Origin: an uncultured Nanoarchaeota archaeon
GTDB taxonomy: Archaea; Nanobdellota; Nanobdellia; Pacearchaeales; GW2011-AR1
Reading direction: 5' to 3'
Assembly (NCBI GenBank): GCA_963743615.1
Contig: CAVUQF010000002.1
Span: 65,697 to 129,696 of the forward strand
Length of the DNA stretch: 64,000 nucleotides
The translations under genes and the position numbers were made by a program. Within the stretch, counting starts at the first letter, position 1. Every line of letters starts with the position of its first letter. Shown here in pieces: positions 29,505-39,632 of this stretch. Under the pieces are notes generated by a model that worked only from the letters and a program-made list of their open reading frames with translations, was not told the origin of the DNA and searched no databases.

Positions 29505-30287
29505 TCATTTAGCCCTGTCTTCTTCGTAAATTTTCAGCCCTAAAACCGAATCTTCAACATTTTCTGGGCTTTCGTTGATAACTGTTATATCTTTGTCTTT
29601 AGGTAGATTAGAAACCAGTTCTCTAAGTTCCTTTTCAGTTGTCTTTATATGATGTTTTTCCCCTTTTTCTCCATATACAATACCTGAGAAATGTATATGC
29701 AGTTCTTTGTGGTCCTCAAATTTACTGAGAACTTCCCGAAAATTGTAATTCTTGTATCTTGCTAGTACATGTGCAAAGTCAATGCAGAAAGAGCATCCTG
29801 TCTCTTTTACCAGCTTTCCTATTTCATCAACACTTCCAAAAACATTTACCTTTCCCATAATTTCGGGGGCAATTTTTGGGGTGTAGTGATTCTCCTTTAT
29901 CCTTTCCTGAATATCTAAAATTGCGTTCTTTATATGTTCATAGGTCTCCTCCTTGTTCTTCCCATAAAATCCAGAATGAAAAACAACGGTTTGGGCACCA
30001 AGCCAGGTTCCAACCTTGCAGCATTCTAAAATTCTCTCCTTACTTTTTTCAACCTTATCTTTTTCTTCAGAATTGAGGTTAATCCAATATTGTGCATGAA
30101 TACTCAATTTTATTCCAAGCTCTTTTGCCCTTTCTCCAATCTTCTCAGCATCCTCCTTTTTCTTTATATAGGCACCATAAGAAAATTCTACTTCACATGC
30201 TTTAAGACCAAGCCGATGATACTCTTCAAGATTGGAAATTGCATCTTTTACGGGACCTATTCCTGCGGGACCGAATCTTATTGTCAT
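29505..30287 (-). CDS. xylose-isomerase-like TIM-barrel protein (AP endonuclease family 2 or sugar-phosphate isomerase-like)
   Basis: MTIRFGPAGIG...LGLKACEVEF...HAQYWINL...VVFHSG...IAPEIMGK...FCIDFAH. Confidence 0.6.
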   Translation of the reverse strand: MTIRFGPAGIGPVKDAISNLEEYHRLGLKACEVEFSYGAYIKKKEDAEKIGERAKELGIKLSIHAQYWINLNSEEKDKVEKSKERILECCKVGTWLGAQTVVFHSGFYGKNKEETYEHIKNAILDIQERIKENHYTPKIAPEIMGKVNVFGSVDEIGKLVKETGCSFCIDFAHVLARYKNYNFREVLSKFEDHKELHIHFSGIVYGEKGEKHHIKTTEKELRELVSNLPKDKDITVINESPENVEDSVLGLKIYEEDRAK

Positions 30288-30350
30288 AATTTTGATAGAT
30301 AAAAGATCTTTATAAAAATTAGTTTATAGAAGAGCATTAAGATTTACTAG

Positions 30351-30872
30351 TTAAAAAAGCATTTTCTCTAAATTTTGAGGAAATAAAACATCTGTTCCTT
30401 CTATATTCATTATATCTAAATAAGTAACCCCTTTTCTCATAAAATCTTTGTATCTCATAGCAATTTCAATATCATTTTCTGTTAAACGTCCTTTAAACTC
30501 CCCTTTGCTTATATGCTCTTTAACTTCTTTCTCTGGAATGCCAACAAAATTACCGCATTGTGTAGCTAAGAAACCAAAATAATTTAATGCAGTCTCAACT
30601 TCAATTTTTCCTAAAGAACAATAACCGGTAGAGCGCATAATAGAATCATATTCCTCACTTCCTCTTGGAACTGACTCCCCTTTTAGTCCAAATCTAGAGT
30701 CAATTTCTCGTGTGGCATTATTTTGATAAATATGACTATACCATGCCCCTTTTTCTAAGTTTAAATTATAAATTGTTATTCTTTGTTTATTAACTTTAAT
30801 CTCTCGTCCTTGCATTTGTTCGCTCATAAATTTCCTTAGAAATAGTAATCTTAAAAACATTTCCATATACAA
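30351..30872 (-). CDS. hypothetical protein
   Basis: ORF only. The probable start is MSEQMQGREIK. Confidence 0.3.
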   Translation of the reverse strand: MYMEMFLRLLFLRKFMSEQMQGREIKVNKQRITIYNLNLEKGAWYSHIYQNNATREIDSRFGLKGESVPRGSEEYDSIMRSTGYCSLGKIEVETALNYFGFLATQCGNFVGIPEKEVKEHISKGEFKGRLTENDIEIAMRYKDFMRKGVTYLDIMNIEGTDVLFPQNLEKMLF

Positions 30873-30886
30873 GACTAGAAATAAGA

Positions 30887-32071
30887 TTAGAAACTAAGTA
30901 ATCTTATTTTCGTATCTGTAGAAGTGAAATTCTTTGCAACGAGAACTTTGCACCCTTCCTCTTCTGCTAATTTTATTAGAGTATTGGTTGCCGTTCCGTC
31001 CATTACGATTGCCTTGACTCCTTTTGATCTTCTCAATGAAAGGTTCAAACCTTTTACAGAAAGTTCTTTTATCTCATTCAAATTTTCATCAAAAGTAATA
31101 GCTTTTTCTGTTCCTTTTATTTTGTTGAATATTTCTTCTAATTTTTTTTCATCAAAACTGAACTCTTTTTCTTCTTTCACTACAGGGGTTTCCCTCGCTC
31201 TATACATTGAATTATTTTCGCTATGATTATAAGGAGAATAGGTCTTTTCAGACCTATCTTTGAATAAAAATTCTTTTACAGATACTTTCTTTCTTAATGC
31301 TTGCAGGATTTCCTTGCCTGTCAATTCTTCAACTTCTTTTCCGTCTGGAGCGGTAGTAATATCTTTTATCTTAGCATTTTCAATCACGTTCTGGATAATC
31401 AATTTTCCTCCCCTATCTCCATCAACAAAAAGAGTCAGGTCCTTTTCTTCTCCTAATTTGCTGATATCTCTCGGAAGTTTCGTTCCATTCATGGCGATAA
31501 CATTACTTACCCCATTTCTCATCAGATTGACAACATCAGCTCTTCCTTCAACAACAATTATCTCATTTCCAGATAAGTCTCCACATGGTAGTTTTTCATC
31601 CCCATATTCGCTTATATCTGATGCCCTTGTTGCACTTTTTATTTCCGTAGAGATTTCTCTTGAGTCTGTCATCCCCTGAAGTTCCTTCATGAGCTTCTTT
31701 GCTCTATCAACAATGTATTCTCTTTTACTTCCTCTAACATCCTCAATTCTCTCAACTTCAATTTGTGCATCGCATGGGCCAATTCTTTCTATAGTCTCTA
31801 TAGATGCTGCTATAAGGGCTGTTTCTGACTGGTCTAGAGCGGTGGGAATCTGAATCTTTCCGGTTGTTCTTTTGTCCTTCTTTTCGAGCTCAACTTCAAT
31901 TCTTCCGATTTTCCCCTCTTTCTGAAGTTCTCTCATTTCAAGATCAGAACCAAGCAACCCTTCAGTTTGTCCAAAAAGTGCGCCTATGACATCCGGCTTT
32001 TCCAGAAAGCCTTCCACATTAAAATTTGCATGTATCATATATTTTATTGATACAGGACTTATTTTTGCCAT
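30887..32071 (-). CDS. dnaG: archaeal DnaG-type primase (Toprim)
   Basis: Toprim IIVVEGRADVVNLMRNGVSNVIAMNGT...LFVDGDRGG. The 394 aa length fits archaeal DnaG. Confidence 0.8.
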   Translation of the reverse strand: MAKISPVSIKYMIHANFNVEGFLEKPDVIGALFGQTEGLLGSDLEMRELQKEGKIGRIEVELEKKDKRTTGKIQIPTALDQSETALIAASIETIERIGPCDAQIEVERIEDVRGSKREYIVDRAKKLMKELQGMTDSREISTEIKSATRASDISEYGDEKLPCGDLSGNEIIVVEGRADVVNLMRNGVSNVIAMNGTKLPRDISKLGEEKDLTLFVDGDRGGKLIIQNVIENAKIKDITTAPDGKEVEELTGKEILQALRKKVSVKEFLFKDRSEKTYSPYNHSENNSMYRARETPVVKEEKEFSFDEKKLEEIFNKIKGTEKAITFDENLNEIKELSVKGLNLSLRRSKGVKAIVMDGTATNTLIKLAEEEGCKVLVAKNFTSTDTKIRLLSF

Positions 32072-32240
32072 ATTTTATTATTTTAATTTAATTTGTTGAA
32101 ACCTTATGGTTCCATTAGAAAATACCCAAGCCAAGCCACGCTCTTCTTCGTACCTTGCAACGCAAAATGAGTATAAAGGTGAATGTGAAATAATCCTATG
32201 ATACTTTCTAAATAGCAGAAGAAAATTACTTTTTTAAAGT

Positions 32241-33113
32241 TTATGGAACACTGAGAAAACTCCTCTTGTACTTCGGATCCTGCAGGATGCTAGTTTGTAC
32301 CCCCCAAGGATTAAAAGCTGCTCCATTGATCAGATATGGCTTAACCAAACCTTGAAGTGACTGATTTGGATTTCTTTTGTAGTCTTGAGATATTCCCTTG
32401 ATAGACAAGTTTCCTCTTGAGTCATAGAAATCAAGCGATAGGGCAAGTAAGTTTTTTGGGCCCTCTGAATTACCCTTTTCGGTAAGGAAAGAGGATGGTC
32501 TTCCCAGGCATTTTGCAAAATAAGGGTTGGATGTGTCACATACTAAGACCATTTCGTTTTCTTGCGTTGCATGCAATTTGCCCGATAAGTCATAGGAAGA
32601 AATTTGCCCATCTTCTACGCAAACAACGGGGCTACTTTCTCCATATTCGTCCATGCTTGCTATTGTTACTGGCTTTTCTAAAGGGGCATCCAAAATAAAC
32701 ATATATAACCTCCCCTTTTTAGAGCTCTCCTTTATGCCCTCGAAGATATTTTCCTTTGTTGCCGGCCCAGCCACTTTAACATCTTTTGGGGTCTTGATTT
32801 CATAGGGGTTTGAAAGGAATAATTGAATTCTATCTGGTTTTATTTTTTGAGCCAAAAGGTTGTAAGCTTCAAAAGCAGCCTGGACGGAATCTCTCTGGCC
32901 TTTTTCGGAATAAAAATCTGCATTTCCTATACCATTAAAGATTATTGCATAATCTTCTAGCTTACGTTCTCGGAATGAGTCCATACTCTTTTCAATAGGT
33001 TTTGTAGGAGAGGGTAAGAAATCTTCTATAGCGCCGATCATTGTAGGGACTATCAAGCCAGTGGCTAGAGCTCCTGCCAGAACTCTCACAATTAGATTTT
33101 TATTTTCTCTCAT
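32241..33113 (-). CDS. exported or membrane-anchored hypothetical protein
   Basis: N-terminal signal/TM MRENKNLIVRVLAGALATGLIVPTMIGA. There is only a faint resemblance to clan CD peptidase N-termini, and no catalytic His was found. Confidence 0.35.
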   Translation of the reverse strand: MRENKNLIVRVLAGALATGLIVPTMIGAIEDFLPSPTKPIEKSMDSFRERKLEDYAIIFNGIGNADFYSEKGQRDSVQAAFEAYNLLAQKIKPDRIQLFLSNPYEIKTPKDVKVAGPATKENIFEGIKESSKKGRLYMFILDAPLEKPVTIASMDEYGESSPVVCVEDGQISSYDLSGKLHATQENEMVLVCDTSNPYFAKCLGRPSSFLTEKGNSEGPKNLLALSLDFYDSRGNLSIKGISQDYKRNPNQSLQGLVKPYLINGAAFNPWGVQTSILQDPKYKRSFLSVP

Positions 33114-33604
33114 GACTATCGAGCCCTTTGATCCTTTTTAAACTTTGTGCTTTATAACTACTATAGAAAGACAATAAAACTCATTCTTTTCCAATTTCGC
33201 TGATAATTGTTCTGAGCTCTCTCATTACTTCCCTTAAAATTTCAGAATCGCTTTCAGAAGGATTTTTTTCTTTAAACTTCAAAGCATGGGCAGCCCCTGA
33301 GATTACAGCTCTCTTAATCATCTCTTCATTTGCATTCGCCATAGAATAGATTAACTATTACAATTTAAAAAGATTTATGTAAAAAAAGATTAATGTTGTA
33401 GAATCAGTAATTTTGCTATCCTCTTCCTAGCTTTAATCAAATCATCAAACTACTCTAGATATTATTTTGGTTTATATGTTGATATTTATCCGTTTTGAAG
33501 TTTGAATCCCTTAGCTTACTAACGAAAAACTCCGTTAGATCCTCATCTACCAGACTGTCCAATCCTCTTTCATGGGCTCTCCTTGCCAATCTTTCAACGC
33601 AATC

Positions 33605-34045
33605 CTATATATGAAAACCTGCTATCACTAATTTATTTGTTTCTCCTAATTGGTTAAGGATATAATCCTGATCTGGATAAGGATAACTTCCGTCCGGCCT
33701 TTTTGTTATATGAGTTTTAATATCCATTCCATTTTCAATAATTCTATCTTGCCTTTGAAGTTCAATTACATCCGACATAGAACCATTGTTAAAGATAACA
33801 TAGCTTATCCCGAATCCATTTTTTCTATATCTTGCGTCAATGCAATCATTCAAATTTCTCTTATAAAATTCTTTAAATTCGGATAATAACACCTTAATTG
33901 CTTCTCTATCCTCATTTGATCTTGCTTTCTTTAATCTGCCTAGAAATTCATTCTTTTTATTTCCGCAATCAAAATAACTAGCGCCATTATTTATTTGAGA
34001 ATTAATATATTCTGGAATTGGATATAGAAAAACGAACTGTTTCAT
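33605..34045 (-). CDS. hypothetical protein whose Rossmann-like C-terminal motif is interrupted by an in-frame TAG (see findings)
   Basis: The ORF ends in LVIAGFHI*. The same frame continues as DCVERLARRAHERGLDSLVDEDLTEFF down to ~33465. Confidence 0.4.
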   Translation of the reverse strand: MKQFVFLYPIPEYINSQINNGASYFDCGNKKNEFLGRLKKARSNEDREAIKVLLSEFKEFYKRNLNDCIDARYRKNGFGISYVIFNNGSMSDVIELQRQDRIIENGMDIKTHITKRPDGSYPYPDQDYILNQLGETNKLVIAGFHI

Positions 34046-34047
34046 TA

Positions 34048-35343
34048 CTACTTTTCAGAAAAAGTCTTCGCTTTCAATTCAATGCAAACACCTGCAGCAA
34101 CAGTTTGTCCTGCATCTCTAACTGCAAATCTGCTCATGAATGGATTTGCTTTCTGTGTTTCCAAAGCTAGATTTCCTTGTGGTTTTATCTTAACCTTAGC
34201 AAGATCTCCATTCTTCAGAAAATCAGGATGTTCTTTTATAACCTGGCCTGTTCTTGGATCAATCTGTTCCAAAAGTTCAACAAACTGGCATGGAACCTGT
34301 GCTGTGTGAACGTGGAAGACAGGAGTATAACCCTTTGCCAAAACAGTTGGGTGATTAATTATTGTGATCATAGCAGTGAACTCTTCAACGACGGGAACGG
34401 GATTAGCTGCATCGCAGATAACATCTCCCCTTGCAATATCCTTCTTTCCAACTCCCCTTATATTTATTCCAACATTATCTCCAGCATCAGCGGTTGAAAT
34501 TGCCTCGTGGTGCATTTCAATTGTCTTAACTTCTCCTTCAATTCCTTTTCCTGTTCTTCCCGGTACAATCTTAACTTTTTGTCCAACCTTCATTATTCCT
34601 GTTTCAACCTTTCCAACAGGCACAGTACCTATTCCTGTAATTTCATAAACATCCTGAACAGGCATTCTCATTGGAAGGTTTGTTGGTGCTTCCGGCATTG
34701 GGAACAAATCAAACTGTTCTATAACAGTAGGCCCTGTGTACCAAGGCATATTTTCTGATTTCTTAACAACATTATCTCCCTTTAATCCAGCGCATGCAAG
34801 GAACTGAACCTTGTCAAGTTTATATCCAACAGCACTCAAAAGTTGGCCAACTTCTTCTTTAACCTTTTTGAATCTGTCTTCCTTGTACTGAACCATATCC
34901 ATCTTGTTTATGATAACAGCAACATTCTGAACACCCATTGTTCTCAAAAGCCATAAATGCTCTTTTGTCTGAGGTTCAACACCTGTAGGGGCAGCAACAA
35001 CAAGGAAAGCTGCATCAGCTTGTGAAGCTCCAGTGATCATATTCTTAACGAAGTCTTTGTGTCCTGGTGCATCAATAATTGTAATCTGGAATTTGTTTGT
35101 TAGAATTTTCCTGTAAGCCAAATCAATTGTAACTCCTCTTTCTCTTGATTCTCTAATTTGATCCATTACGTAAGCAAATTCAAACCCGATTTTTCCATGC
35201 TTCTCTGCTTCTTGCCTAAGCTTTGCCATTTCCTGTTCAGATACTGCGCCAGAATCGAACAAGAGTCTTCCAACTACGGTTGATTTTCCAGCATCAACAT
35301 GTCCGACGAAAACAACGTTAAAGTTTGGTTTTTCTTTTGCCAT
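34048..35343 (-). CDS. tuf: translation elongation factor 1-alpha (aEF-1alpha/EF-Tu)
   Basis: GHVDAGKST, DAPGHKDF and NKMD motifs; 431 aa. Confidence 0.95.
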   Translation of the reverse strand: MAKEKPNFNVVFVGHVDAGKSTVVGRLLFDSGAVSEQEMAKLRQEAEKHGKIGFEFAYVMDQIRESRERGVTIDLAYRKILTNKFQITIIDAPGHKDFVKNMITGASQADAAFLVVAAPTGVEPQTKEHLWLLRTMGVQNVAVIINKMDMVQYKEDRFKKVKEEVGQLLSAVGYKLDKVQFLACAGLKGDNVVKKSENMPWYTGPTVIEQFDLFPMPEAPTNLPMRMPVQDVYEITGIGTVPVGKVETGIMKVGQKVKIVPGRTGKGIEGEVKTIEMHHEAISTADAGDNVGINIRGVGKKDIARGDVICDAANPVPVVEEFTAMITIINHPTVLAKGYTPVFHVHTAQVPCQFVELLEQIDPRTGQVIKEHPDFLKNGDLAKVKIKPQGNLALETQKANPFMSRFAVRDAGQTVAAGVCIELKAKTFSEK

Positions 35344-35436
35344 TTTGGTTGATAAATTTTCATAAAGAAAATTTGATATTGTTTAATCAAAAATTACATT
35401 TATAAATTTTTTGGTCTTCTCGGCTTTGCACAATAA

Positions 35437-35649
35437 CTAGACCCCTTTTTGTGCAGGAAGATATTTTACGCAGTCTGAAAAATCAACGTCTATCTTTAGC
35501 TCAAAAATTTCATGAATTAGGCAAGTAATGTTATGAGCCAGAACCTTTGCTAATATTTCATTGTCTTGGGAAATTTCCTTCTTGCATTTCAACCTGTTGC
35601 CAAATCTTCTCTTTATTATTTCTATGGTTTGCTGGAACTCTGAAAACAA
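35437..35649 (-). CDS. hypothetical small protein
   Basis: ORF only. Confidence 0.2.
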   Translation of the reverse strand: MFSEFQQTIEIIKRRFGNRLKCKKEISQDNEILAKVLAHNITCLIHEIFELKIDVDFSDCVKYLPAQKGV

Positions 35650-35695
35650 AAGAGATCAGGTTCATAAATAGTAACCCCACAATCATTAGATAGAA

Positions 35696-35983
35696 TTAGA
35701 TTTTGCAATAGGACGCGGAACAGTAATATCCCTCATAATCTCCATAACCTTTGCTAACTTTTTCTCCAACTAACAAGGCATTTGCTTTTTCCCGAAATCC
35801 CCTTGCCTTTGTTATGTAGATCGGTAATTCAGTGCTAGAATCAAAATTCAGTATTATTGGTTGTTGCTTTGCCATTCTAATGTTTTCCACGGGGATAAAC
35901 TCCTCGGTATCTAATCTCCTGAAATTTGTTTTCCCAGAACTATCTGTCTCCTGAACAACTAAAACTAGTTTTGTTAAGCTCAT
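35696..35983 (-). CDS. hypothetical small protein between fusA and tuf
   Basis: 95-aa ORF with no recognisable motif. Confidence 0.3.
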   Translation of the reverse strand: MSLTKLVLVVQETDSSGKTNFRRLDTEEFIPVENIRMAKQQPIILNFDSSTELPIYITKARGFREKANALLVGEKVSKGYGDYEGYYCSASYCKI

Positions 35984-36027
35984 AAGTTAGGATAAGAATT
36001 TAACTTTATAAGGATTATCAAGAGAAA

Positions 36028-38220
36028 TTACTGATTTTCAGCGAGTCCCTTTCTCTCTCTAATTTTTCTGATCACTTCGGCTTGCATATTCATTGGGATC
36101 CTCTCGAAAAGCTGGTCAGCGAGAGAGGAAGTTCCTCTTCCCTCTGTTGCGCTTCTAAGATCATTGCTCCATCCTATCATTTCTGCTACAGGGATTTTTG
36201 CCCTTATTTCGACCCCATAATCTTCCTGTGAGACATTTATTAGCTGTCCTCTCTTTCCTCCAAGAAGTTTTGTCATTTCTCCGAGGAATTTGTCCGGGCA
36301 TTCTATAACATGAATTTGTAAAGGTTCTAGCAAGGATGAATCTGCCGTCTTCATAGCCTCTGTTATTGCCTCCCTGACCGCAGGATAGACCTGGGCTGGA
36401 CCACGGTGAATTGCATCTTCATGAAGTCTTATATCTGAGAGAGAAACTCTCATTTTGACACAAGGTTCCCTTGCAAGAGGCCCCTGATTCATTACCATCT
36501 CAAATGCATCTAATACCATATCTATTACTTCTCCAATGTGAACCTCCCCCTTTGTTTCATCTAAGAAAATATTTCCTTTGTAAATATCTCTTATGCACTT
36601 AACAGTATCATTATCCCATCCATCAAATCTGGAAAATTTGTTTGATAACTCCTGACTCTTTTTCTTTACTCTTCCTTCGGGAATTTCTCCACTTTTGATT
36701 GCTTCATACAGATCATCTTCGAGAGGTTCTATCTTAATGAAGAAACTATTATGTTTGTTTGGAGATCTTCCCTCAACTTCCTTTGATTCTTTGTTAACCG
36801 TCTCTCTATAAACAACAATTGGAGGGGAAGTCTTCACATCAAGTCCCTTCTCTGTTCTTATTCTGTTTTCTATAATTTCAAGATGAAGTTCTCCCATTCC
36901 AGAAATTAGGCTTTCTCCAGTTTGTTCATTTATCTCAACTTTTACAGACGGATCTTCCTTTCCTACCTGTTTTAATATTTCAATAAGCTTTGGCAGGTCC
37001 ATTAATTTCTTTACTTCAATAGATTTTGTAACAACTGGTTCGAAAATATGTTTCAATTCTTCAAAGGGCGTTTCAGGTTCTACAGTAATTGTCTCTCCAG
37101 CCTCTCCGGTGATTCCAGAAATGGCTAGAACATTTCCAGCTCCAACTTCATCAACCTGTTCAGGTTTTATTCCGTTGTAAACCAATATTTGCTGAACCTT
37201 TTGTTCTTTATTTGCAAGGTTAAGATGAACTTCCATTCCATTTTTTATTGTTCCTGAGAATAATCTTCCTGCAGATATCTCTTTTCCAGAACGTTGGTCA
37301 ATCACAATTCTGGTTATGACAAAACCAACTTTTCCCTTGGGATCACAACTCAATAAATCTTTTCCAAACTGACTGTCCAAATCGCCGTGCCAAATCTTTG
37401 GTATTCTATATTTTTGCGCTTCTAGAGGATTTGGGAGATGTTTTACGGCCATATCTAGGAGAACTTCATATAATGGCGCGTTTTTCCAAACCCAATCTTT
37501 TCTTTCAGTGTCACTCATCTGTTCAAGGTTGAAAATATCTTTGAATGTAATCCCCTTCTTTTTCATAAATGGAATGGACAGCGCCCAATTATCTTTTGCA
37601 CTTCCGAATGCAACACTTCCATCATTAATATTAACAACCCACTTGTCTTTGAATTCAGGCTCGGCTGCTTTGTATACCAAACTATTAAACTCCTCTATAA
37701 TCTTAACAAATCTCTGCTGCATTCCCTCGGGAGTAAGTTTCATTTCTTTTATCAATCTGTCAATCTTGTTTATGAACAAAACGGGTTTTACTCTTTCTCT
37801 AAGTGCTTGCTTGATCACTGTTTCAGTCTGGGGCATTATTCCCTCAACGGCACATACAAGGACGATTGTTCCGTCGATTGCTCTCATAGCTCTTGTAACA
37901 TTCCCTCCAAAATCAACGTGCCCGGGAGTATCTATGAGATTGATCAGATATTCTTCACCCTGATAATCATGAACCATAGAAACATTTGCAGCATCAACAG
38001 TCATAAGCCTCTCCTGTTCATCAGAATGCTGCCAGGTTGCCATACCTTCCTCAAGATTTCCTGCATTCTTCTCGGCCATATATCCAGATGCGGCTAAAAG
38101 ATTATCTGTCAAAGCCGTTTTTCCATGGTGAATGTGTGCACTTGTGGCTATATTTCTAATATTTTTTTGGCTTTTGCTAAGTCTTACTATTCTTCCAGAT
38201 TGTGATTCTTTTTCTGCCAT
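36028..38220 (-). CDS. fusA: translation elongation factor 2 (aEF-2)
   Basis: AHIHHGKTALTDNLL and DTPGHVDF. The diphthamide-region domain IV is present; 730 aa. Confidence 0.95.
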   Translation of the reverse strand: MAEKESQSGRIVRLSKSQKNIRNIATSAHIHHGKTALTDNLLAASGYMAEKNAGNLEEGMATWQHSDEQERLMTVDAANVSMVHDYQGEEYLINLIDTPGHVDFGGNVTRAMRAIDGTIVLVCAVEGIMPQTETVIKQALRERVKPVLFINKIDRLIKEMKLTPEGMQQRFVKIIEEFNSLVYKAAEPEFKDKWVVNINDGSVAFGSAKDNWALSIPFMKKKGITFKDIFNLEQMSDTERKDWVWKNAPLYEVLLDMAVKHLPNPLEAQKYRIPKIWHGDLDSQFGKDLLSCDPKGKVGFVITRIVIDQRSGKEISAGRLFSGTIKNGMEVHLNLANKEQKVQQILVYNGIKPEQVDEVGAGNVLAISGITGEAGETITVEPETPFEELKHIFEPVVTKSIEVKKLMDLPKLIEILKQVGKEDPSVKVEINEQTGESLISGMGELHLEIIENRIRTEKGLDVKTSPPIVVYRETVNKESKEVEGRSPNKHNSFFIKIEPLEDDLYEAIKSGEIPEGRVKKKSQELSNKFSRFDGWDNDTVKCIRDIYKGNIFLDETKGEVHIGEVIDMVLDAFEMVMNQGPLAREPCVKMRVSLSDIRLHEDAIHRGPAQVYPAVREAITEAMKTADSSLLEPLQIHVIECPDKFLGEMTKLLGGKRGQLINVSQEDYGVEIRAKIPVAEMIGWSNDLRSATEGRGTSSLADQLFERIPMNMQAEVIRKIRERKGLAENQ

Positions 38221-38287
38221 TTTTCAATATATAAAGTGAGAATAATTAGTTATATTAAAATTCTTTTTTAAATGTTTTTGTGAGAAT

Positions 38288-38902
38288 TTATCTCGCAGAA
38301 TCGGCTTGCTTCTCAGATTCATTCCTCTTTCTTACGGCAAAACTGTCACCGTTGTTGTCAGCTGCAAGCATTATTTCATCTGCCAATCCCTGGACAATTG
38401 TCTTCTTCTTGTTAAATGCCTTGTCCGAAGCACCTTGTACAAGCCATCTTACTGCAAGATTGACTCTCCTCAAAGGTGAAACATCAACAGATTGGGGATA
38501 TCTTGCCCCGCCATACTCAATTACCGTGATTTCGTCTCTTGGAGCAGAGTTTTCTATAGCTTTTATCAAAACTTCAACAGGATTTTTGCTTGTCTTTTTT
38601 TCAATTAAATCAAGAGCTTCGAGGATTTTCTTCATATACTTGGAATATTTTCCTGTAGATTTGCCAAGTTGTATTCTATGCTTTTTCCCTCTATGCCCTG
38701 CGACAGCGAGTCTGTTCATTAATCTCTCAACAATGTTAACTTTTATCTGACCGAATTTTTGAACATTCCTTCCCTGATTTTTCAGAATTAATCTAGGTTC
38801 AAGTGAAATTACCTGCTTTAATCCAGGATCTTTAACCTCAATTCCTCCTAAATCATACTTGTCAAAGATTTTGAACTTTGGAATTGTTTTTTCTGTTGCC
38901 AT
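38288..38902 (-). CDS. rps7: ribosomal protein S7 (uS7)
   Basis: GQIKVNIVERLMNRL...AIENSAPRDEITVIEYGGARYPQSVDVSPLRRVNLAVRWL matches archaeal S7. The start is taken at MATEK; the ORF track extends it to 38932. Confidence 0.9.
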   Translation of the reverse strand: MATEKTIPKFKIFDKYDLGGIEVKDPGLKQVISLEPRLILKNQGRNVQKFGQIKVNIVERLMNRLAVAGHRGKKHRIQLGKSTGKYSKYMKKILEALDLIEKKTSKNPVEVLIKAIENSAPRDEITVIEYGGARYPQSVDVSPLRRVNLAVRWLVQGASDKAFNKKKTIVQGLADEIMLAADNNGDSFAVRKRNESEKQADSAR

Positions 38903-38903
38903 C

Positions 38904-39104
38904 TTAATTCTGTACTCCTCTTTCCAATTCACTTAAAACTCTTGCATTAGCTTCAACATAATCAAGTCCTTTTCCAATATATTCAGCTCTTTTTTTTTCA
39001 TTGTATCTTGATATGTCTGCTTTTGTAACAACTGTTGCCAACCCTCCTATAAGAGCAGCACCTGTGCATAGGTAAAGAACAGCTAAAGCATTGTTACAAT
39101 CCAT
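38904..39104 (-). CDS. small hypothetical protein wedged between rps12 and rps7
   Basis: 66 aa with an N-terminal hydrophobic segment. It fills the S12-S7 spacer exactly. Confidence 0.3.
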   Translation of the reverse strand: MDCNNALAVLYLCTGAALIGGLATVVTKADISRYNEKKRAEYIGKGLDYVEANARVLSELERGVQN

Positions 39105-39106
39105 AA

Positions 39107-39529
39107 TTATCTTCTACCCTTCTCAATCTTGCCAAGCCATAATCTTTGCAAAGGTTGATCATTTACTTTAATAACTTGGAACCTTATTCCAGGAATATCT
39201 CCCTTCTGTCTTCCGCTTCTTCCGCCTATTCTTTCAATTATAACTTCATCATGTTCATCAATAAATCTTTGCGCCAAATTTCCCGGAATGAAAACTCCTA
39301 CACCAACTCCGTTCTTTGTAAGCTGAACTCTGCAGCACTTTCTCATCGCTGAGTTTGGCTGTCTAGCTTCTTTTTGGAATTTTGAAAGAACAATTCCTTT
39401 TGCCTGGCTTGTGCCTTCAAGAGGATCTGACTTCTGGTAAAGATGCAGGGCTCTGGCTCTGTAAAATTTATTATGCCATCTATCTTTCTTCCTATTCTTG
39501 ATTATTTTTCTTGCGCTGTTTAAACCCAT
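39107..39529 (-). CDS. rps12: ribosomal protein S12 (uS12)
   Basis: PNSAMRKCCRVQLTKNGVGVGVFIPG... Confidence 0.95.
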   Translation of the reverse strand: MGLNSARKIIKNRKKDRWHNKFYRARALHLYQKSDPLEGTSQAKGIVLSKFQKEARQPNSAMRKCCRVQLTKNGVGVGVFIPGNLAQRFIDEHDEVIIERIGGRSGRQKGDIPGIRFQVIKVNDQPLQRLWLGKIEKGRR

Positions 39530-39572
39530 ATTAGTTGTTGATAAAAATAGTTTAAAAATATTGTGTTGAACG

Positions 39573-39595
39573 TACTTTGTTACCTTAAAGGTTGG
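39573..39595. repeat. left terminal inverted repeat (23 bp), preceded by an 11-bp direct repeat at 39564-39574
   Basis: TACTTTGTTACCTTAAAGGTTGG is the exact reverse complement of 43186-43208. Confidence 0.75.
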
Positions 39596-39632
39596 TGGTT
39601 AAGTTTTTAAGTTTCTGAAACATCCTCTTTTT

